Source: Albugo candida
Taxonomy: Eukaryota
Assembly: GCA_040437565.1 (NCBI GenBank)
Contig: JBDOQK010000042.1
Span: 62,001-126,000 of the forward strand
Length of the DNA: 64,000 nt
Direction: 5' to 3'
In this document: in pieces, positions 1-14,480 of the stretch
How the letters are laid out: the number at the start of each line of letters is the position of its first letter
Position numbering within the stretch: position 1 is the first letter of the stretch
The notes under the pieces: model-generated
Told to the model about the DNA's origin: nothing
Database searches by the model: none
What the model saw: the letters and a program-made list of their open reading frames with translations, nothing else
Position numbers and translations under genes: made by a program

Positions 1-119
1 AGTCATATCCTGAAAATTTTCAATCAGGGAGCAGGAAAATGAAGTTGAGTGAAAAGTAGCAGAATGGGATAATCAAAATAATGAAACGTATTTAAAGTCT
101 TTTCTAGAGGACGAATCTA

Positions 120-720
120 TATGTATTATCGAAATAATGAATGACGGGTGTTTTGTATTTTGGTCAAAAGCATTTGGTGAATGAAAATAAACAAGATATT
201 GTTGCTTGCGGATTTATTTCAAATCTGCGCCGAGGAAGATGGATAAAGGAAGGGCACGGCTTTTGCAGATGCGCTTTCTTGTCAATAGCGCGCTACTAGA
301 GAGCACTTAAGATTGTATTTGCAGTCCCTCAATGTCCAAGAACAGGCAACACCTGTAAATAGATCCAGATTAATTCACAAATGTCATATGGAGACACCTA
401 AGACATAAAAATGTACCACAATGGGAAGAACTTCATCAGTGCTAATACTATAATAGATCGAACAGTAACGAGGGAGGAAATTGTTTCGACTGATAACCTT
501 TCTCCTAATGACTGTACTATCCTTCTATACTGGATAATGAGTTTTTATCAGCACAACTCACTGTTGCGAGTTATCCACGTCATGCGAACAGCTCAATTTC
601 TGATCGTGCTTCTGCCCCATTTCTTTGGTAGTAGGTTCAACTAAGTATCATCCTACCTAAAAACAGACACCGTCAGCATATTCATTCGGCTCACCAGAAC
701 AGATTTAATTAGATTTTAGA
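120..720 (+). mobile_element. Possible highly decayed Ty3/Gypsy pol remnant (RNase H end / integrase)
   Basis: Manual translation gives KGTAFADALS at ~250-280 (ADALS marks the end of Gypsy RNase H) and FGSPEQI at ~685-705 (integrase G.P..I.SD-like). Many stops, short motifs only. Confidence 0.3.
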
Positions 721-3700
721 ATTGTTTGCTGTCTATTGCGGGTGCTAGTCGTGCAAAACACATTTCTCGACAAAGATTTACTGATGATGGATACAAAAAA
801 AGTGAACTAGATCAGGAAGATTTTGAAGTCACAGTCTCAGATTTTGGTTTTGTGCTATTGCAGTAATATTGTGCTACAGATTCATCTTGTGGCCAACTAA
901 AAGTTGGACATCGTTCTGGCTCGCGTCCACAACCAAGTACCATGCAAAATCACTTGTTACCGGATGTCGGAGATCCGAAAGCTAGTATATTTTGCATTAT
1001 CCGAGCAGTTTTAAGCGAATAATGTAGAAACTGCTGGAGTGAGTCTAGCGATTCAGCATATTGGGGGGACTTTCGAATAGCAGCACCGAGTATTCATGAA
1101 TTACATACAATTTACGTGATGTCCACATCACAAAATTTTTAATACATTGTTCATCGATGTACTGCTTCGAAGGCTTGCATTGGAACTACTACGCAAATAC
1201 CAGGTAGAATCTATCATCTTCTGATTCTCAATGGGCCATTCCAAGGCACTCCGTACAAGCAGACAAGTCAGATGTCTGTTGAATCCGATCCGGGCAGTCA
1301 GATACCTCATTTGATAGAAATCTATAAACAGCTCGAGTGGATCACTCTAGCTCGCTTCTGTATCACAGCAAAACTCTTTGCACTTTCTCGTGTCATTAGG
1401 CGTATGAAGTGCTTGGCAACAAATGCAGGTGGAGTTGTTGTTATCCTGCAACATAAAATAGATGATCAGCACACGATAATGCAGTACATGCATATTTTAA
1501 CTCAGCATACTAGTACAACTACGTTCTGGACGAATTGCCCATGCGGCAGTAAAGACGATGTTGGAATTAGACCTGACGGAGTTTGCAATGAACGGAGTGC
1601 GCTACAGCTCGACACAGTACTGATGAAAGACCTAAGGTCTATTTAGATGAATGAAGAAGAGCAAAAGTAGCAAAAATAAATGTCGTCATCAAGTATTCCA
1701 GTGAATGCGTCTGGGCAAACTTCCGAAAGAAAAACCATGTAATGATTGCATTACTAGTTTGCAGGCATCATCAAAGACCAATGCTAATCTCTCACAAGAA
1801 ACTCTTTTGTCTTGGTTGCGGAGGAACTTTGATAAAAAAAAACTAGCTTCCTGCATTAACCTGGTCAATTATTAGAAGCCCCCGCTATGTCTTCAGTTGG
1901 TATTTGTTCCTAACTTCATATGTGAGTAGGAGTTTACTCCATTCGAGCAAGCTACAGTGTATTAACAAAACCGCAATTTTTCGGCAAGAACTGATACAAG
2001 AAAGAATTCAGCACACAGAGCTTTCGTCTCTTCCAATGCATGGAGACATGATCTATCGACCCAACTTCCATCCAATATTCATTTATTTGGAGTTGAATAT
2101 GACTTGAAAACAAATGTGACGAGGGTCCATTTCCAGGAAGACGGTGCCTATGATTGTTTAAGATCTCTAGTGCTTGAATGCGACGTATTGATGTTTTCTC
2201 TAGAAAAAAAGTACAGATGGATGCTACATGAAACCGAACACAAATTTGGTACTGATAAATGCAAGATATGGAAAAGGCTGCGTTATGATGTTGATTTGAT
2301 ACAGTCGAAATCTGTCGCCTTTGTGGATGATGTATTTCTCTCATGTAAACGAAAAATGCATTTTATAAAACATCTGGTGGAGATGAAGATGAGGGTCCGA
2401 GCGGGTCCACAGCGCCAATCAAGAGAAGAAAATCAAAGTAGCAACCGGCATAATTTAGAAGGTGTAATTTCTGCTTCCGAATCGATACGAATTGAAAGTT
2501 GCAAGTCAGCAGTCGTAACTTGTAATCAAATATCAAGGCTGTTTCTGGCTCCAGTTTATTATTGCTTTCGTAAGAGATATATGAGCATCTGCCACCACGC
2601 GGTCTGATAAGTATGGGTTGGCAAGTGCTCCGATCGGGTCAAGTAGTCGTATGTGCAGATCTAATCTGAATCATAGAGAGGTCAGTCTTTCGGATCCGAT
2701 AAGTATTCACATCGGTGACCCAATTGCTTTTCTGACCGTAATGTACTCGAATATTGATAATAAAAGCTCAAGATAAACAGAGTAAGGGAATGCGGACGAT
2801 AGCCATATAAATGACTATAAAGTTGTGAAGCGTGCCAATGACGGGCGGTCACTCTTTAGAAGAGTTGCCCATAAACTAGTCTGGCAGTAAGAATTGATCA
2901 ATGCAAGAGATTAGAGCGTCTGGGAATGTCTGTACGCCATTTCGACAACACCAAGACTAGAGATTAGATGATTTGACGGGCATAATCATGTGGCAAAGCG
3001 GATGTAAATGCACCGCCAGGGTTCTTTTATTTACCTGAATCATTTTATATCAAGTGACAGTAGGCTATACTTTAAATGTTCTATGTTCACAAAGTCGGCG
3101 CACATGAGTGGGTACATGTAATCTTTTGCTGATTTAGTGCACCTTAAAATGGCTGGGAAAATCAGAAGACTCATTCGTTTCATCAGTTGATTTATTACAC
3201 ATCCCTGATGCTATTAGTGGCTCTTAGTCTGTCTCATCCTCGCGTTCTCCGTCATATTATACGCTCATTGATTCAAATCAAAACGAATACTTTCATTTTC
3301 ATCGGACGAGGACAAAATAATGTTTTTTTAGAATGAAACATCTCTCGGAAACTAGATGAGCGATACACTATCTAAGAGACACGTACAATAAGATGCACGA
3401 TGAGGATTCACAATTCATTACATTGATTACATAAGAAGCCTTTCTTGAACAGATTTCGGGACGATACGTTGCAAGCTTAAAATATAAGCTGAGTTTTATC
3501 GGTAGAGCAGTCGACATTGATGGGGGATAATTACAAATCTACCCGCGTGAGTGTTACTGTGACGAACTAGCAAAAAATGCCGTTCAAACGATCAGATTGC
3601 GGTGTCAGAAGGCGGTAGATAGTACAAGAGAAGAGAATGTAATGCAATCTTCAGATACACGTATTATTAACGTGCTTGAGCACTTTGAATGATTACTCTT

Positions 3701-4069
3701 TGTCGGAAACGTGTCTGACATGAGTAATCGAATTTTGCAGGCCAGGGTTGTACCACAAGTTCCAACGATGTACTGAGAACTAAATAAAGGTGATGGAATC
3801 GTCTGACGCTTATATGTCTGCTCGCATGCTTCCCGTCAGGCGAGATGAAAGATTGTGTTTGTGATTTTGCTATCTCAGTCATTCTGTCATTTTTAGTGAG
3901 ATGTAATTATCTAAGAAGTGTGAAATAGGGGGAGCAAAAGGTATGTTGATTGCAAGGTATCGTTGACGCCTTGGCTAAGGAGAGTGTCAGAAAGTGGTAT
4001 TTATCGTAGTACGTTCAAGAGGCTGCGTCTGGTACTAGTATAGTAGAGTGAAGGGACGATTGCAGGAAT

Positions 4070-6230
4070 CTCAGTTGAAGGTGTTTATATGTCTAGGCTA
4101 ACTTAAAAAACATTTATACATATGTAAATGTTACGTGGAAATACCAGTGAAAAATGATAAAAAGTCTTTCATTGATAGTCCAGTATTGCGGTAGCCTCAA
4201 CCACCCCAGTATGAGACTGTGTTCAGCGTATAAATGAAATAAGAGCCGTGAACCGGTCTAAAAGTACCGTAATTTGCAAAGTGTTGGGCTCCACACTAGC
4301 TTCAACAGTGTCATCGAACTAGGACTAGCATCCGAGTTGCACTTGCATTTTCACTCGCCTTCGCCCTACCAGCAGCAATGATTTCGGCTTCTGAAAAAGC
4401 CTCCAAATGTTCTTTGCGTCTGTGAGTCGGTCTAGCACCTTTGCAAGCCGAATACGTTCGTCTTGATCGTAACACTGTCTTCGAAAGTACCGAACGTGCG
4501 CACTAATCGTGGTGAAAATCACGGAAAGTGCTGGAAGTGTCGGAGTTGCTGATCGCTGAGAGAACAAATGACGACTCCTATCTGTACAGACGTTGTGCAG
4601 CCTCAACGCTTGCAATGCAATCCAGAAATCTGATCTACTGCTGATATTCTTTCTATCCCGGCCGTGATGGCACAATTGCACATGCAATATGCGTCTAACG
4701 GGGATAGGAGGAGAAAATTGATTCCATGTAGTGAATATCTTCCTCCTGACATGATCGTGTCGTGTGATCACACTCAAGAAAGAGATGATGATAGGATTTC
4801 ACTGGTTGACAAGAAGGCTGCGTGCACAATATAATGTCGAGCTGATTATCCTTTATAAAACAGAATCAAGATCGAATTGGCAGCATCCGAAAGGCCAGAC
4901 AAAACTATAAATCGTCGAAAATTGGTAACACACGTTTCCGAAGATGTCGTGATGTAGCAATAAATGTTCCCACTCGTTCTGAATCCAGTGCGTCCGATCT
5001 CTCCTGTGATGACCATTTTGTCGACATCGGAGGACTCTTGGTTGGTTCGGGAGGTTTCCAGACGACTAGTGAGAGCTGTGAGCGTGGAATAGATGAAAAA
5101 TAATGTTTCCTTTCCTTGCTTTTTACGCCCACATAAAATGATCTGCCACTTGCGGTTGGTGTAATCCAAGTGATGAGACCAGTCATCGAGTGGATACGCT
5201 GGAGAATCTGAGTGACTTCATTGTAAAGTCGTCTCAGCAACTTTCTTCAGCCTTATCCGATGTGTTTAGCTCTTTGGCGTTGTAATAGTTGGTGACGAAA
5301 TCTTCCTTCGTTGGACAAGTTTCGCTTTCTCTTAAAAGGTCTTGAAGACTTCGAACGTCGAAAAGTGTAGCAAACGTTTTTTTGACGCATCGGGTGCAAA
5401 CTGCTGAAGGAATTGAATACGTTGTAGCTTTAGTCGTCCCACCAAAAAAGGAACTTGTAGTCCACCATCTTGTCGGCGAAGNNNNNNNNNNNNNNNNNNN
5501 NNNNNNNNNNNNNNNNNNNNNNNNNNNNNNNNNNNNNNNNNNNNNNNNNNNNNNNNNNNNNNNNNNNNNNNNNNNNNNNNNCCTGTAAATACTTTTTCAG
5601 TCGGATGTTGGATTCGCCAAGCGTCTACCACACCCAACTGTGAAAGCTATTCCAAACACGCTAATCGACTTGATTCGTGTCGAATTGATCCACTCGAAGC
5701 ATCGATAGCTGGATCGAGTGGTGTTTCAAAATCACCAAATACGATATATGTTGCGGTCGAGTCGAAAGTGTTGGAGAGCAATGACCCACAAAAACCCACT
5801 AGTTCCTCGGCCTTGACCGGTGCATATACATTGTGAGTATACACTGGTGCATCGTGAATGAGACGACGCAAAACCAAATAGCGATTTCGAATGCTTCGTT
5901 CGTTGACTTCTTCAGCTCTTGTATAACCGGGAAAGTCTAAACGAAGGATTTTCATGACATCGCCACTGCGGTTTTGAGCCGGATGGAGAAAAGCACTGTT
6001 GTGATCATTGAAAAATACTGTGTGCGCAGTTTCGAATCGGTGCAAACTGAAATGAATCAACCTGGTTGTGATCGTGAAGCTTGCTTTCTAGAACACAACA
6101 AAGGGAGTGTTGTGATTGGATTTGGTCCATAATGCTATTAACACTGATCGTGAGTGCTGCGATATTGTTCCACGTTGGAATAATCGAGGAACCCTCAGTA
6201 TTCACGCTGAAGTGGACCAGCAATCAACTT
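4070..6230 (-). mobile_element. Degenerate L1-like non-LTR retrotransposon ORF2: APE endonuclease and C-terminal region; RT core probably in the gap
   Basis: ORF 5647-6060 has endonuclease motifs NVYAP, VFGDF, followed by VVDAWRIQHP (..D.WR..HP). Past the gap 5482-5581, RRQDGGLQVP resembles the post-RT ..GGLG.P motif. The 3' part (WKPPEPTKS...ERVGTFIATSRHLRK) matches 40.2-41.4 kb and the 5' part (TWNNI.ALT) matches 61.5 kb. Frameshifted. Confidence 0.85.
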
Positions 6231-9200
6231 TGTTTCTCTAACTTTTTTCATCAAAGCTATCTCAGTTGTGTTATATACGACCAGAAATCACTACTGCAAG
6301 AGAAACGATTACGACGAAGAGTTGGACGAGCTGTCACGCAAACCGAAATGGTTACTCCTATCACCAGTTCAATCCTATCACCAGTAATATGACTTAATCG
6401 ATTTACTGCTATTTTTATCACATCAACATTTCTTACTACGACCAGCCGACGGAACCGCACGTAATCTGGCTCAATTCGTGTCGTCCGTCCTGTTAGGAGC
6501 CTCTAAAGCACAAATAAACGGACAAAGTACCAGGTTGTAGAAAGAGCATTCGCCATAGAGATATTAAAAATGATCAAACATGATCAGGACAGACGCGTCA
6601 TATTTCACTCCATAAAAACAGCTTAAGTCAGCAAGTATTTCTTCTCAGCCTATCTTTAGAAGCCTCATCAACGTTATTTCATAGTCGACAGGTACATCAT
6701 GGAAGCACTCAAAAGGACTGGTAAGTCAGACAAGAATTTGAGTCGATCAAGATCATCTTGCTACAGGTGCACATCATGTGTCAGTCTTTTCCTGGAAGAC
6801 TTGACAGCATAGCAGGTCCAACGCAACACCTCACTTTAAATCACTAAAGCAGAGCTTCCCATTAGTTGCCGATCTTGATATTCTAACGGATGTTCAATAT
6901 GCCTAGAGCCCCAACCTCCTCGCAACACTATGCTTTATGGTGGGTTCATCATCATCATACCAAAGCCCTGTAACCTCAGGTGGCCGTGCCAATGTCCTAT
7001 CAATCACCTTTTTCAGTCGCACACCCAATACCATATCTACAGTCATTGTTCTCGTGTCAGTGTAGCAATGTATTAATGACTATCACCTAGCCAATATGGC
7101 TTTTGCCTTGCTCGCAAAACAACCTATTTGGTATGGACTGAACCATAGGATATCGCTTTAACACGTTGATTTCAAACGAGGTGTGTACATTCCTGGAATA
7201 ATATTCAGTAGGACGTTTGATATTATCGGTTGTCAGCCAATATCAAGATCCGTTATGGTTCTTTACGTTGTCTAGTAATCATGGTACACGACAACGAGAT
7301 TCTCTCTACCCGCCTTTGGTTGTCTTTTGATTGAAGCTATACTCTAGGATCTGTGTCAACATCTCTATGGATCAATGGGCGACTTGCTCACTTTTTTCTT
7401 TGGCAATGGTTTCTTTTATTATATTAGGTTGGGTAGGACAGATGCCCTTGGATTTCATTAACCATGGCCCTGCTNNNNNNNNNNNNNNNNNNNNNNNNNN
7501 NNNNNNNNNNNNNNNNNNNNNNNNNNNNNNNNNNNNNNNNNNNNNNNNNNNNNNNNNNNNNNNNNNNNNNNNNNTTGTCTTTTGATTGAAGCTATACTCT
7601 AGGATCTGTGTCAACATCTCTATGGATCAATGGGCGACTTGCTCACTTTTTTCTTTGGCAATGGTTTCTTTTATTATATTAGGTTGGGTAGGACAGATGC
7701 CCTTGGATTTCATTAACCATGGCCCTGCTTGTGTTCTTTTTGTTGCGGAATATTTATCTCGTTCAATGTCACAATCGATGTGACAAAATGGACTAGACGA
7801 CCATTGCTCGAGCACCAAGTGCAGCTGATGAACCTTAGCGCCTTGTTCGTAACTCGAGTTACTTCCTAAAAATTTCGAAGGTGTACACCGGCCCAAAATC
7901 ACGCGCATCGGTCACTTCACACGGTTTTGAAACGTTGCAGTCATACTCACATTGTTTCGTAAAATCGCTTCTACTGGACAATGTATTTGTGCTACTTGTT
8001 CTGATATATTGCTTTGTTATATAGGCTCTTACCAGCCGCGAAATGAAAAGTCTTGAAGTGTTCACCGACGCATCTTCAGTGCATCAGCAATGAGGATCTG
8101 TAGGAGCGGTACGATACGAAGCCAAACTGATTCCACCTGTCAAAACCTAGATAGAAGCTTTTTAGTCCCATACTGCGACTCCCACACCCGATACCAGCTC
8201 CATGAAACATGCTTTCATACTAAGACTCGCCCGAAAAACCCCTCTCCTTCTCAGCAAGTCTTGACCAAGACTTGCGACTCGACAGGGCATCCAATATCCG
8301 TCTTCATACTACAAAAGAATATACGCTATGAATTCTTGCACAAGACTACGCGAATAGAGATTCTTAGCCAGCAAAATCTGCAAAAACAAGGAATATATGC
8401 ATTTATTTTATCGAGGGAATAGTCAGGCGCAAGTGTAAGCTCGGGCTCTGCTATTCACATCATGCAACCCGATGTATGATAGATATGATAAAAAACATCT
8501 GACCATTCCATTATTGACAGAGTACACAAGATATTCAGGGGGCTGTGTTCTAATTGACTTGACTGCTTTTCTAGGCAACAAACTATGTGATACTCGTTTG
8601 TGGTGAGAGAAGTGTGAAGAGTCTTTATTTGCACTGAATTCACGCACAGAAGACCAAATATTCGCTATTGCACTATAAAAAATGACTTCGAAAGAGACTT
8701 ACTCAAAGATTCGATGTGATTAGCCAATTGGCGAAAAAATGGTTGCTTCTGAGCGAACATGACTTGGCTTTCAGACAGATGATATGATTAGTACGAGAAA
8801 AGCCTTCGTCAACCCCAGCTTCTCGGTAAAGAGTATCTTTATGACGCGCTTACTTGTGCCCTTCGTTACAGTTGCCTCGCTTTTACCTGAGGATCAAATC
8901 GAAGGCTATTCATCAGCTTACGTCCATACTGCCCACTGTAGTAAAGCGAAGTCTTAGGTGGATAAAAGTCATGTACATCCATTCCAGCATGTATAACAAA
9001 TACAGCAAACAAGAGAAATGGAGTAAGCAGAAAAGCATTACATCTACGGGATTTCCCATGTTTGGCCGCAATGGTAGCATTTCAATGATTTGGCAGAGGG
9101 AATAATTCAGAGTGCTCGGAAAGAGACAATTCTCGAAAGAGCGGAATATTCAAGCCACATAAGTTAGTCCGTTAGACATGTACATCTCCTTAGCGGTAAG

Positions 9201-9310
9201 CTTCGAGGTAGGCTGAAATAGCTGTGGAGCCAGCATTTGTACGGTGTTTTTCTATGTTAGAGTGTTCTGATTGCCGAATATACTGCTCCAGTCGGCCAAA
9301 GACATTGGAT

Positions 9311-12300
9311 CTATGTATGGATGGATATCGACCTCGCCTGATCCCAACACGGCAATCCCTGTTTTGACCGCTTTGGGGCCGTTGATAAGCTAATCCAAAT
9401 GGAAGATACGCACGCCGCTGTCATGACGCTGTACGATTCATCTAAATCTGGTGCGATCTCAGTGCACACTCTTACGGCATCTTTCAACAGCGCCAAACTG
9501 ATAAGCCTAATCTCCGTTTCCTGTGACTTGCACGCGACTATATCGTGAGCTTGCTCGAAACGTAAAGATTCAAGGCACAGCCGCCCCCAGGTGACATCAA
9601 AAACGATTCCACAACGGTAATGATAAACAAAAAGGTTCCATCTCTTCCAGTAATCGCACGAGTACTTGCTGGTCATTGTCAAAAAACAGTCGGTCGGCGA
9701 TGTGTTTGATCAAAACAGAATGAGCTTCATCATACATCTCCGCAGCTATTCAATGACCAATCCCAACATAATATGCAATTTTGTATCGCTGCTCGAGCGT
9801 TAAAGTAGACTCAATCTAATGCACAGGTATCTTCAGTCTTTGCGCCAGTGTTTCCAATTATTCCTTAGCCATTTGCGCTATACCCGACGAAGCAACACAG
9901 CTCGGCAAGTGGATTCACGTTCTACAGGATTTGACATATTCAAATCAAGTACAAAGCTTCCTGCCACAACTCATTTTCTTCTAGTTGCAGGATGAAATTC
10001 TGATACAAATGGGATTCCCACACAGCGTCGAGTTGGTACCCGAACGCACGTAAGATGCTATACAGATGTTAACTCACTTCATAATCAACGGATGCGTAGT
10101 TTCCACGTAAAAGTCCAGTTGGTGATAACACATTACACAACGCACCAGGTTGCTCGGCATACAGTTTTAATAAATCCATCCGAATATTATATTTGATCCT
10201 GCCACACGTCGAGACAGAACATGGCGCTGCCAAATTATTTGTACAAGCTGTTTGGTACATCGACAAAGCGCTTTACAGCAATGTGACAGGCCCGTAATCA
10301 AATTTTAAGCGAATAACGCGATTGCTGAGACCATATAAATCTCAGTTGAGACGGAGAAGTGACTGCTTCGACCGCTCTAGCGAGAACACTCTAAATGGGT
10401 GCGTGGGTCTCCATGAAATGCAATAAACCCTCATCGTCTCCACATTCTGAGAGTTGTGTCATGATCAAATTTCGGGATTCCAAGCCGACATACGGTGCCA
10501 ATTGTGTGACAAGTGTGGCAAGTATCAAGTTTCTATTCTCTGCTGTGAGCTCAGCAGCTTCCGTACTCTGATGATTTCACAAAAGCTGCTAGATGGATTG
10601 TACTGACGTTCCTTTACTGTGACACGACCCATCCTCAAGCTAATCGATAGGGGTTTCCATCCATTTTGAGTTTGCTACCCGGCGCAAATGGACTGAGGGC
10701 ATCATATCGAAGATTTCAACGGCATCACATGAATCATCACGTACTACTGGCACCCCTTACTCATCATCCGCCAACTCTCTTGACCCCACAAAGCCTGTAC
10801 AAATCTCCATAGTACTAGAAATGACGCTTCACCTTAAGACTCTGTCTCCCATAAATTTGCAGTATTGCTGTAGAGCGAGTGACACCAATTCTTGAACCAA
10901 CTTGAAACTGTGGAATTGGACACTTGTAATTACTGTGGTACAATGTGACGGTGTTACCATTACGTAATGCTGACACAATAGCTCTTGAGAAAACAGTATA
11001 TTTGTGATGAAGCTCAATTGTATCACGCAACATGTCACATCTCGCAGTATTGTTTGATTCGAATTGCAAAAATACTGCAATCGGCACAATCGCAAACGAC
11101 GGATTGAATTCAAATGTGTGGGAGTTTGCGATCTGTTTGCCACAATATGCCAATTTACTTCGAGATACCACGAACAGAGGAAGGAACGCGTCATAAAGAG
11201 TCCGACATCATTTTGACAAACAGCCCACTCACACTATTTGACTCAGGATTGCTCGCTTGCAGTAAAGCATATGCGGGTGATAGCTTTTCTCGCACAAGTT
11301 GTCTGGATTTAAAATCCAATCCATAAGATTTATACTCGTAGCGTGCTCCTATGCTTTCACTTTTGAAGGAGATAAACTGAATCATTTTAGCAGGGTTAGA
11401 ATCTTCATGCTCCGGATCAAGATGACTGTACATTTCTCTCGAGTTATTCCACTTTCCCGCGTCTTCTTCCAAAAATGCTTTGAGATCAGTACTCTCAAAA
11501 GAGTCCATTTGCATCGGCTCACGGACAGACATATCCATCACAACTTCTTTTTTTTGTCTGATGCTGTTCAAAACTGCCTTGTATACCTCTCCGTATCAAA
11601 CAGACGCCTTATCGGTGAATTAGCAAGTTTGAGTCGGTTTGGTGAAAATCCGGCAGACGAAGCCATAGAAGGATTCGTTCCGATTTCCAAAGTCTTATCA
11701 CTATATTTTGATGAATTGTCTCTTCTGTGATTGTTATCTTCGTCCATTGATGCCTCTTCGGTGTCGTCTTTGATCCCATATAGAATGAAATGCTCTAATC
11801 GGAATCGCAATATTCCAAGTTTGTACACATAACTCTGCATCGATATCGTCTGTTCGTTGTAATAAGCGACCTTCGTATCATTTTACCGTAATAGGTGCTT
11901 CCAAGTTTTGGTGGAATTGTTCTCAAAAGCTCCACAATCACAGGCTTATCCATGTCATCGTCGAGTAGATGCTTCTCCTCCTCATCTTTGTACATCATAA
12001 CCGCTTTCTTCTCGAATATCACAATTTAATCGAAATTCAAGTTCCGAACATCTATGAGCTCATTATTCCCCCGATTCAAGTTTGTGACAGAAAGCTGTGA
12101 ATGATCTGACTTGTGCCAATTATTAGTCACTCGTTTGACGGATGCGGTCGTAGGGAGAAAAAGTGGAATTGCCCATTTTGTCTGAATCGAGCACGCCAGA
12201 CTTTTCTTCGGTTCTGTGGAGTAAGCATTGTTGGTGTCACGAATCGTCGATGACAAGAAGTCATCATATATCACAAATTTGGTCAGTTCTAGAGGTTTAC

Positions 12301-14480
12301 TATTTCCCGATATACTTTTTCGATTTGTTATCGTCGGCAACAATGATGTCAATAACGTAACCGTCGTGTACTTGCAGTGGTTTTCCAGGTGTCTTCGGAG
12401 TCGAGTATTCTTCCATGACAGACGTATAGAATTCTTTCAAGAGATTGCTCCCCAATATGCTTTGCAATGCGATTCTTCGTATCGGCCAGCTTTCCTATAG
12501 GGGAGAAGCCAAGCGAGAATACTGCATTCTCTGCGCCATACTGAGTCGCGTTCGCTGTTCGGTGATAGCATCTGCGACGATCACCGGAACCTTTTCGATA
12601 ATCCTATTCCCATACCTCAATGAGTTACTATTGTCGATTATTTGTTTTCTACCGTGATCCTCGGAATTGTGAGCCGAGCGGAAGAGGATGAACAGCATTT
12701 CTCACATGACTCATCCTCGCAGATGTCGATACTGAAGCTAAGGATGAATAAAGTATCTTGATCTCGGTAGTTTTGAAAATCTGTCCACGAAAGTAAGAGG
12801 CACAAAGTAGACGTCGAGACACGATGCCCATGATGGTGTACTGATACTTCCATTTTTCTGCCCCACATTTACAGCAAAGAAACTCCCTTGAAACTTGGTC
12901 TGCAATAAGTATGGTGACCGTGGTGGTGTTATAGAGGGAGGAGTGTTGGGCTCCAATGAAATCTTGTCGAATTGTTTTCGCTCCGGTCTCCTCGTCTCCA
13001 ATTCCTGACTTGGAACTGAATTCTCCACCTGTTTTGGGACCACCACGGCTGCCGTTGGCGCGATCGTTTGTTTTTGTTGTTCGTGTTACGGTTTGCGTTG
13101 GTGTTGACTCCGAGTTTGATTTTTGTTTTGCTGGTTGTTGTTGTTGGTTTGTTTTTCTGTATTTGTTTATATGTTGCTGCGCTCCCGTGGCTGATGCAGC
13201 ACCCAAATCCAGCAGTAAGGACCAAGATGCCAAAACGTGTCGTTCCGTTGGAATAGGAGCATTCTTACCCCGTACTGGGTAGAGCTGTTTGTCGTAAGCA
13301 ATTTGTTCAATCACTTTGCTAGACGTTTAATATAGAAAAAATTGAATTTATCGTTTTGCTGATCTTACAGCTGGGAATGCTTGCTGGTAACAACGCTATG
13401 CTATTATGCAGGTTTCGATTTGTAAGTCTCATCGTGGCCCGCGAAAACATACGACCCTCCGATTACAAGACAATTAGAGAAATCCCTTTGTACAAAATCG
13501 CTTTTGCCATGTATTCCATAGCAAGATATAATCTGACGGAACCTCTCCGGGATCTATAACTTAGACTTGTAAAATCTCAAAGTAAACACATCTGGTGTAC
13601 ATAACATTTTTTAGGGCATGACTTGCAAATTATATCCGAGCAAGTCAAAAGGGAACCATGCAATTACGCGATTGCAGCACGATTTCTTTACATCTTGTTT
13701 TGATAGCGATTCCGAGCAGTGTTTTGAGAGCACATGTTCCTTGGTTTGTCCGTATTGAATACAGAGACTTTCGTGGAAGTAAAATTTAGATTGAGTATTC
13801 TGTAGCCAGGAACACTAGTCGACTTCGAAATCATCTTGATAAACCACTGCTTGCCGCTTCAGACTAAGCTCCCAGGCTCTTTTCAAGAATAGCCTTACTT
13901 CTGCGAATGCAGGTTTCAAGTAAAAACTAACAAGCTGTATATTTTCAGATGATATTCTCTCTTCCGATAAGACTTTGGCACTTGACACGTATCTCGCCGA
14001 TCGGGGATAATATCAGGCTGCCTCGACTTTGGAGGCGTGATGTGAGTGTTTAGTCCCAATTAATGCTTATGTGAAGCAACTTCACCAGCAGCATTACAGC
14101 GCGAGTATGAGCTGACGGGTCTCCTCCCACTTAGATGGCTCTCAGTACACCGCTCGCATGGTGGTATATCCTTGCAACCCCGATCGTTGCACTACGAGGC
14201 TACCGGCTTTCGGTTCTCATCTCTGGTATCTTTGCTACTTGCTGCTCCCCTTATTCAGTCCCTCGTCGGTTCACACAGCGTTGTGTTTATTCAATCATTT
14301 CCTTGGCCAACTTGAAATCGACTTTGGCAAACTCTATCTTCTGTAAACGCGGTATGAAATCTTTAATATCAGTCAAACGGTAGCGTTCAATATCTTTGTC
14401 TGATCCTTTTGTCTTAAGCAATATATAGTCCGATTGCATGGTCCTTCTCCAAATAATGTCTTATATCCAAAATGCAGCAA
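9311..14480 (-). pseudogene. Long decayed coding region, possibly ORF1 of the downstream LINE
   Basis: Chain of adjacent or overlapping minus-strand ORF fragments (13314-12649, 12352-12026, 12022-11795, 11840-11568, 11571-11191, 11194-10829, 9682-9311) that switch frame, with no clean splice pattern recognised. Same strand as, and upstream of, the LINE endonuclease. No family motif recognised with certainty. Confidence 0.3.

Noticed and set aside
1100-2900. ORFs 1272-1646 and 2104-2607 as genes
   Set aside because: No recognisable motifs and no convincing splice structure. Probably decayed repeat-derived sequence.
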